Shown here: one piece after another, positions 11,278 through 18,700 of the stretch
How positions within the stretch are numbered: the first letter of the stretch is position 1
Layout of the letters: every line of letters begins with the position of its first letter
Assembly (NCBI GenBank): GCA_965213885.1
Contig: OZ243919.1
Location: 1,372,692-1,436,691, forward strand
Reading direction: 5' to 3'
Length of the DNA stretch: 64,000 nucleotides
Source of the DNA: Candidatus Poriferihabitaceae bacterium
GTDB taxonomy: Bacteria; Pseudomonadota; Gammaproteobacteria; Arenicellales; Poriferihabitantaceae
Program-made: the position numbers and the translations under genes
The notes under the pieces: model-generated
What the model was told of the DNA's origin: nothing
What the model saw: only the letters and a program-made list of their open reading frames with translations
The model's database searches: none

Positions 11278-11643
11278 AAAAATCCGAAACAACAGAATCG
11301 CTCGAGGATCATTCTGGAAATACCGAAAGAAAACCTGTCTTCCTGTCTGCTCTTGCCGATGACAATGCCGGTCAGGTGCGAATCGAATCCAACCGGTTAT
11401 GTCGCAGTAAACACAAGATGGGACTGACTCCCGGATCGATTGCTTGGGAAATGCGACGCCCGGGGGCAAGTGACAAGGAAATTGACGCCTGTCAACATGG
11501 GACGACACATGGGACGACAGTATCCGGGCCGGTGTCCGGCTTGCGGGAGGGCGAATCCTGCAATGAATCCAGAAACCCCGATCCAGACAACGTATATGAG
11601 CAGGTCGTTCACGGGAGCCTGCCCAAGTGCGGTTGTACCGCAG

Positions 11644-11736
<93 letters not shown>

Positions 11737-11939
11737 GGTGACAGCCAACGCAGTTCCTTTGGTCGGCGCGTGTCGAATGGGGATTCTAACGGGGCGCGGT
11801 ACTTATACCAAGCCCTGACAGGGAAACAAGGGGCTTATGTCCGGGTCTCGAGATTTGGTCCAAATCGGCATTTGCAACGACAGATCTTGCACGGAAGTTT
11901 GGCGGCTCCATGCATGTCGGCACGAACAACACACTTCGG

Positions 11940-11963
11940 CAGGCAGGCAATATGTCCTGCCTG
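11940..11963 (-). terminator. Candidate terminator downstream of pdxH
   Basis: CAGGCAGG-caatatgt-CCTGCCTG 8-bp stem. The - strand tail is only moderately T-rich. Confidence 0.35.
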
Positions 11964-11990
11964 TCGGCACGCCGCACAGGCGAGGGTGGT

Positions 11991-12644
11991 CTATGGATAT
12001 AGCCGCTCAATATCCCACTGCGCCTCGTTGGAAGAATTCCTGGTATAGACTAAACGATCGTGCAAACGACTCCTCCTTCCCTGCCAGAACTCCACCCGAT
12101 CCGCCCTGACGCAGTACCCTCCCCAAAAATCCGGTAACGGTATTTCTCCCCCGACAAAGCGATTCTCTATGCTGCGCACCCGTTCTTCCAGGGTGCCCCG
12201 GTCCGGTAATGTCTCGCTTTGACGGGAAGCCCAGGCCCCCACCTGGCTTCCCCTGGGCCGGGTAGCGAAATACTGGGCAGAATTTTCCCGGTCCACTTTC
12301 CGTACAGAACCCTGGATTTCCACCTGTCTGTGCAATGCCAACCAGGGAAACAGGCAACTGATCCTCGGATTCCCTGCCAGTTCCCGTGCCTTCCGGCTGT
12401 GGTAGTTGGTATAGAAATACAGCCCGTTCTCATCGAAGGACTTCAACAGTACCGTACGCTGGCTTGGCATGCCATCCTCTCTCATGGTGGCGATCACCAT
12501 GCCATTGGCTTCCGGCAGCTCCGCGTTCAGCGCCTGGTCAAACCAGCGCGAGAACAACGTGAAAGGGTTGTCCGGCATGGTTTCGCGGCGGATTTCTGCC
12601 TCGGGATAGCCGTTCCCTTGGAACGGGGTAACTTCGGTTGGCAT
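11991..12644 (-). CDS. pdxH: Pyridoxamine/pyridoxine 5'-phosphate oxidase
   Basis: 217 aa, colinear with E. coli PdxH: LLKSFDENGLYFYTNYHSRKA, PLPDFWGGY, EFWQGRRSRLHDRLVY, and ending IERLYP. Confidence 0.92.
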   Translation of the reverse strand: MPTEVTPFQGNGYPEAEIRRETMPDNPFTLFSRWFDQALNAELPEANGMVIATMREDGMPSQRTVLLKSFDENGLYFYTNYHSRKARELAGNPRISCLFPWLALHRQVEIQGSVRKVDRENSAQYFATRPRGSQVGAWASRQSETLPDRGTLEERVRSIENRFVGGEIPLPDFWGGYCVRADRVEFWQGRRSRLHDRLVYTRNSSNEAQWDIERLYP

Positions 12645-12886
12645 GATATTGCTCGTGCGGATTCTCTATCGTGGAATGAAAAACTGCCCTGAGTTTATTG
12701 GAACAGCCCTGCAAGGCACCATGATAACTTGGATATCTGCAATCTGATCGGAAGTTTACCCCTTAGTAAATGGCATCACGGACCACATCAGGTGACCATG
12801 GCGACCGGGAGCGGGCTCCCGGACAGGAACGGCCGGGATCGGGGTTGACACGCGAATTGAGCCGGAGCCGGTATCCTATGAGGCCC

Positions 12887-13489
12887 TCAGGCTATTGCAG
12901 TGAGCAGGAATACCGGATATTCCCGGGCAGGTTTGCTGATCGCGCTGGCCGTCACCATGTCCACGCTGTCGAAACCGGCCTGCCTCGCGATATTCTCCAG
13001 CCAGCCACGATCAAAACCGAAGTGGTATACCCCGGTATCCTCTTCGTGAAATGAGCCGTCTTCGCTGTCGAGATCGGCCAGGGCAATGAACCCTCCGGGA
13101 TTCAGTAGTTCATGAAACCTGGCGAACAATCCGGGAATATCCTCAATGTGGTGCAGGGTCATGGAAGAAATAATGCCGTCAAATCGCTGATTCAGGGTTT
13201 CCCGGGTCAAATCCATTTCCCTGATGTCCAGTTCACAGGGCAGATCCTCGCGCTTGCCTTCGAGCTGCGTGTTCATGGACGGAGAAATATCCACCGCGGT
13301 GATACGCTCAACCAATGGCGCAACCCCCTGCAGCAACAGGCCTGTTCCCGAACCGAAATCGAGAATGTGCATCCCGGGCCGGAACCGGATCTGGCTCCGG
13401 ATCGTGTCGGCGATCCTGTCCACGTTGTTGACCCGACACTCCGACTGGTCGTACTCACCGGCCTTGTGCCTGAAGTAGTCTCTTTGCAT
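12887..13489 (-). CDS. Class I SAM-dependent methyltransferase (small-molecule type)
   Basis: Motif I ILDFGSGTGLL and the SSMTLHHIED motif. I prefer the start at M69 of the track ORF (MQRDYFRHKAGEYD...), giving 200 aa. Confidence 0.75.
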   Translation of the reverse strand: MQRDYFRHKAGEYDQSECRVNNVDRIADTIRSQIRFRPGMHILDFGSGTGLLLQGVAPLVERITAVDISPSMNTQLEGKREDLPCELDIREMDLTRETLNQRFDGIISSMTLHHIEDIPGLFARFHELLNPGGFIALADLDSEDGSFHEEDTGVYHFGFDRGWLENIARQAGFDSVDMVTASAISKPAREYPVFLLTAIA

Positions 13490-13835
13490 GTGTTTTCGTA
13501 CTCCGGAAAGTAGCGTGACAGAGATCCTGGAATGATATCGAAATGAATGGGAGTCCGGTATCCCCAGGGTGGTTCTCCTGGAAACATCCCTGTCAGTCTG
13601 GACTTGATTCAATGACCGTAAATCAGCGCAACTCCTTGATGCTGGGCCCTTTTTTCTGGTTATTGGTGGTGTGTGAATGGAGTTCTGCCACAACTGTAAC
13701 TTGTTGAATTTACAAGGTGTGGGTAACAGCCCAGGTTCTCTGGTTGTCTGTTTTGGTCCTTACTGCTGGAGAAAAAAGACAATCTGTCCATAGTTCGGCA
13801 CTGTGCCACAGAGGAGACTGGTCGATACGGGAAAA

Positions 13836-15425
13836 TTATTCCCGCTCGGCACGGAATCCCAGTAGGTTGCGCTCGGCGCGACCAAACACGCCACCCACCA
13901 GATATATTGGCTCGCCCCGGTTCCGGTACTTCTCCCCATATCCACGATCCCGCATCTGTGCAATGGCCCTGTCCAGCACATCTTCCGTATCCCCTTCATC
14001 CTTCGCCATCTTGAACTCGAACACGAACACCTGCCCGCCATGGAGCACCACCATGTCCGCCCGGCCCCGGCCCGAGGAATCCTCCACCCGGAGGTCCAGG
14101 CCGATGGTCCGGAAACAGGCGTACAGCATCCCGGCGTACCAGGCCTCGTAGCGGGCCGGACTGTTGGCACCCTGCCACTGGTAGGGTATGCCAGCGAAGA
14201 ATGATCGAAGATGATCCGCGAATCCATCGAAGTCATTGGCCACCAGTAGACGGCCGAGTGCCTTGCCCCGGTCCGACACCTCCTTGCCCTGCCGGCCCAA
14301 ATGGCCCAGCAGCCCATGGTTCAGGCTGTACCGTACCTCGAAGTTGGGGTAGTTGAGGGTGTAGAAGGTCTGCGGACCATCCCTCTCCATTCCTGTAATA
14401 GTCAGGTACCCGGTCTGGAACAGCAGCGCATCGACGGTGATGTTCTCGACATCGAAGGTCGAGACCAGTTCCTCATCAGAGACACGGTTCTCCAGTTCCA
14501 TCGGACTGACCTCCCGCTCCATCATCATCCGGAACAGGAAGGTGGGGGAGCCGGTCTCGAACCAGTGGGACTTGAAATTCCGGGTCTCGAACAGCAGCAG
14601 GAGATCGAACGGGTTGTAGAGCTTCTCGTCGCCGAGCCAGTGGTAGCCGTTGTACCACTCCCGGATCTCGTCCCGGTCGAGCCCGGGGAGTTCCGGGGCG
14701 AATACCGCGCCCAGGTCCCTGTCCGTATATCCGCAGATGGTGGCGTAATTGGGATCGAAACTGATGTTCCGGAGGTTGTTGAGACCCGAAAAGAGGCTCA
14801 CCTTCGAGAACATGCTGACCCCGGTGACCAGGACGAACCGGACGTGCTCGGCGCTGCCCTTGATGATTCCATAGAACCCCCTCAGGTAGTCCCGGTTCGC
14901 CTTCGCGAGATCCGGGTCCTCCAGCACGTCCAGAATCGGCTTGTCATACTCATCCACCAGAACCACTACCTGCCGGCCCGTAGCGTGATGGAGACGGTCC
15001 AGCAAATCCTGAAAACGCTCGGGCCCCGTATCCAGGGCTGGGGACAACGTCAGGCCAGCATTGCGTTCTATGATCGCCAGTTGGTTGAGAACGCTGCGCT
15101 CAACATCTTCAGGCTGGTTGTATTTTCCGTCAAAACTGAGCCGCACCACCGGGTGCTGTGCCGACCAGTCCCACTGTCCGTGAATGTCCAGCCCCCGGAA
15201 CAGTTCCTCGCTGCCCTCGAACAGCGATTTCAGGGTGTCCACCAGAAGACTCTTGCCGAACCGGCGGGGGCGGGACAGGAAATAGAATCGCCCCTGCTCT
15301 ACAAGATGCCGGATGAGGGGGGTCTTGTCGACGTAGTAGAAATCCTCCTCACGGATGGTCCGGAAGGACTGGATTCCGATGGGGAGTTTGCGGCGTTTCA
15401 TCGCGCCTGATTCGGGTCGGGTCAT
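13836..15425 (-). CDS. AAA-ATPase-like domain protein with a C-terminal PD-(D/E)XK nuclease-like domain (PF09820 + PF08011 architecture, recalled from memory)
   Basis: KLPIGIQSFRTIREEDFYYVDKTPLI...FLSRPRRFGKSLLVDTL is the hallmark N-terminus of this family. The C-terminus carries GRADMVVLHGGQVFVFEFK (a D...E.K nuclease-like core). A good SD (GAGAGGAAG) precedes the ATG at 15425. Confidence 0.75.
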   Translation of the reverse strand: MTRPESGAMKRRKLPIGIQSFRTIREEDFYYVDKTPLIRHLVEQGRFYFLSRPRRFGKSLLVDTLKSLFEGSEELFRGLDIHGQWDWSAQHPVVRLSFDGKYNQPEDVERSVLNQLAIIERNAGLTLSPALDTGPERFQDLLDRLHHATGRQVVVLVDEYDKPILDVLEDPDLAKANRDYLRGFYGIIKGSAEHVRFVLVTGVSMFSKVSLFSGLNNLRNISFDPNYATICGYTDRDLGAVFAPELPGLDRDEIREWYNGYHWLGDEKLYNPFDLLLLFETRNFKSHWFETGSPTFLFRMMMEREVSPMELENRVSDEELVSTFDVENITVDALLFQTGYLTITGMERDGPQTFYTLNYPNFEVRYSLNHGLLGHLGRQGKEVSDRGKALGRLLVANDFDGFADHLRSFFAGIPYQWQGANSPARYEAWYAGMLYACFRTIGLDLRVEDSSGRGRADMVVLHGGQVFVFEFKMAKDEGDTEDVLDRAIAQMRDRGYGEKYRNRGEPIYLVGGVFGRAERNLLGFRAERE

Positions 15426-15798
15426 GGGAACTTCCTCTCACTGTAATGATACCACTCCCCGAATACCTTCACTTTCACTCCCGCAGGAGTGTAGTCAGAG
15501 CGTCAATGCGGAATCATCCTGGAATCCCGGAGGCGCGAAACCTCCCCGAAATCGACGTGAACCAGTCCAGACATGCAATACTCCTCCGAAGCTCGGCTTC
15601 AGGATGGAAGGGACGGTTGTCGATCACACTCCGATGGCCATGTAGCGGTATTGCCTGAACATCGCCCTTGTGCGCCGGCGCCCGCTCCAGCAGTCCGGGT
15701 TGCGGCGATATGGCCTCCGCCAGGGATTTTCCCACCGGCAGACTGCAGTAGCCCTGCCGGGCACCGCGATGCACCGGGTTCGGACAGTCCGGCGGCAC

Positions 15799-18700
15799 TC
15801 ACCACCGCACGGTCATCTCGAATCCCACCCCATGCACCGGGGCGGTCCCCATGCTCTCCCGCCGCGTCGCCCGCACGCCGAAGGACAGGTCCGGAACGCC
15901 CGACGATACCCGCGACAGCCGCCAACCAACCGTCACGTCACGCCCGTCTCCCATGAACCCGAACCCCGCATGGGGACTCCCCGTGAAACGGCCCCCCAGT
16001 GCCGGGAAGCCATAGGCCGCCTCCACCGTCCAGCGGGCGGCAGTCTCGCCGCTGCCCGTGCGGTCCTCCAGCGGATCGGCCCGGAACAGCGCATCAAGCC
16101 CACCCTCGGCCTGTCCGCCCATCTCCTGACGAAGCGCAAGCGACAGGCCACGCTCCGAGGCCGGGTCCGGATCGAAGGCAAGCGAAGCCGCAAACCCACG
16201 GTCCTCGAGATCATCCGCCTCATGCGTGATCAGCGTACGGCCCGACAGGTCCAGCGACAGTCCGAGACTCGGGTCCACCCAGGCAATGCCCCCGCCAACC
16301 TCCACCCCCGATCCACTCTCCGCATCCCCGCCGTCCCGGCGCAGTCCCAGCTCCACCTTCGGCGTGACATGACCTCCGCCCTCGGTGGCGATGCGCCAGC
16401 TGCCCTCCAGACCGAGTCGCAGGCGGGTTACATCAGAGTCCGACGCTGCCAGTTCGCTGGTCCGGTCCGACTCCGTCCGCGACCACAGTGCATCCGAGGT
16501 GATTGCCAGGGCCGGACCGGATCCCTGTGCCGGCGGTGCGATCACATCCCCCCGAAGGCCCGCCGACGCCATCGTCCAGGTGAGGTCGGAGCGAAGCGAG
16601 CCGCCCACCTCCGGCTTGAGGGTCACTTCGCCCGTGCCGTAACCCAGCGCGCCCCACAGCTTCAGCCTCTCCGATACCCGGATCGCGCCATAGGGAACCG
16701 CCGCCGTCAGCGACGACTCCACCGTTCCATCGCCCTCCCGGACCGCACCGCCGCACAGAACCTCCCTCGTCTGCGGGTCCATGTCATGATCGGCATCCGT
16801 ACAGAGCTGCGACGCGGCGCGGGACCCGGTCTCCGTATCCCGGTAACCGCCTTCCCCGCCGCTCTGCAGCAGCGCCAGGCCCACCAGCCACTGGCCCCGC
16901 GCATAGTCGGTCCCCAGCAGCGCCGTGGTCGCCTCTCCGTCCAGCGAGAACGTCCCCTCCCTGCCATCGAAGCTCGAGTGCGCCGCACGGCCCCACAGTG
17001 CCAGGCTGCCCCCCGAGGAATCCCCGGGGCCCGTCGCCGTGAAATGACTGCCCAGCAGCAGTTCCTGCAGCGTCATGGTCCGGATGCCAGGGGGCGCCAT
17101 GCCGTCGACTCCTTCATTCGTGTCAATCCCGTCGATGCCGAAGCCATGGAGAACAGGGCCGGATGGATTGAATGGGCTGAATGGGTCGGATTGATTGAGT
17201 TGGCTGAATTCGCTGAATGGATCCAATGGATCAGACTGATCAGAGTCCCCATCGCCGGAATCCCGGGGCTGCAGGGAAATGCCCCCGAACGTGCCTTCGG
17301 TGCCCGCCGTGCGCGGGGCCGACAGTCGGCCCGAGATTCCGTCCAGCGCCTGCTCCGCCACCGTCCGACCGAACCGCGACAGCCACGCCGCCGGCATCGG
17401 GTCGTCGTTGACGATGGTGCCGACCGCGACGTCGTCCGTAATCGACACCGGCACCTTCTGGCCCGAGCGGTACATGAACGCGTCGAAGAGCTCGACCTCG
17501 AACGTCTCCGGATTCTCGTCGTGGCTGTCGTCGCGAATGCCGATACGGATTTCTGTGAACGTTTCGCCGGCCCTGATCCGGCTTCCTATGCGCCACGCGC
17601 GCGGGACGTGGCTATAGTCCCTGTTCGCCGTTGCCGAGACTGGCGTCGATTCGCGCGTCGCGTAGGCGAAGCGGACATCCTGGTCCGTCGCCTTGCTCAA
17701 GCGTACCGTGAACCAACCGTTGCGTTCGTTCTCCTTCAGGGTGGCATCGGCAATCGAGATCGTCGGACCCGACGTCGGCGTCGTTGCATCGTTGTCGGAT
17801 ACCGCCACCGTGGCCGCATTCTCCGGCGATGCCGCCACCGTGTAGCCCGTGCCGGCATCGACGGTTGCCGTGACCGAGCCGTCCGGCTCGTCCGCGCCGT
17901 CGTCGTCGGTGGCGACCTCGAAGGTCGCGCTGCCCGTGACCGGGACGGTGACCGTCCGTGATCCCATCTCGCCCGAAGCGGCGAAGTCGCCGCTCTGGGC
18001 AACGCTCAAGGTCACATCGAGCGGTGCCGCCGGCACCGGGCTGGCTGTCAGCGTAAAGGAGGCCGGGCTGCCTTCCGTCACACCCGTACCGGCCACAATG
18101 CGGATCACCGGCTCGTCATTGTCGCGCACCGCCACCGCGGCGCTGCCCTGGCCCGTGGCGATCGTATAGCCCGTGCCCGTGCCGAGGGTGACGGACACCG
18201 AGCCGTCGGCCTCGTCCGCATCATCATCCACCGTGCCCACGGAGAGTGCGGTGCTGGTATCCCCTGCTGTCAGCGTCACCGTCCGGTGACCTGCGCCGGG
18301 GGTATCCAGATACTCGCCGGACTGGGCGACGGTCCAGGTGACCGTGAGGTCGGCAGAAGGCGCGGGATCGGCGGTGAGGGTGAAGGTGGCATTGCCGCCC
18401 TCGTCCACGGCGGACCCCGCCCGGAGGCTGAGCTCGGGCGTAGCGGGTGTCACGTCATTGTCGCGCACCGCCACCGTACCGCTGCCCTTGCCCGTGGCCA
18501 CCGTGTATCCGGTGCCCGTGTCGAGGGTGACGCTCACCGAGCCGTCGGCCTCGTCCGCCGTGTCGTCCACCGTCGCCACCGAGAGATCGGTGCTGGTCGT
18601 GCCCGCCGCCAGCACCACCGTCCGGCTGCCCGCACCGGGCGCGGCCAGATACTCGCCGCTCTGGGCGACGGTCCAGGTGACCGTCAGGTCGGTGGCCGGG

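Noticed and set aside
12805-12822. Perfect palindrome CCGGGAGCGGGCTCCCGG downstream of the methyltransferase
   Set aside because: The loop would be too small and no T-run follows on the relevant strand. It is not convincing as a terminator.
14301-15410. 369-aa + strand ORF
   Set aside because: It is antisense to the AAA-ATPase-like gene, which has hallmark family motifs and a good SD.
15514-15798. 94-aa - strand ORF between the ATPase-nuclease gene and the autotransporter stop
   Set aside because: It has no start context or recognisable domain. It may be a degraded gene fragment, but I cannot support any call.
15670-17961. 763-aa + strand ORF, extremely Arg/Pro/Ala-rich, plus other + strand ORFs up to 21100
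   Set aside because: It lies antisense to the autotransporter, whose own frame shows clear domain and beta-barrel motifs. The composition is that of a GC-rich antisense frame.
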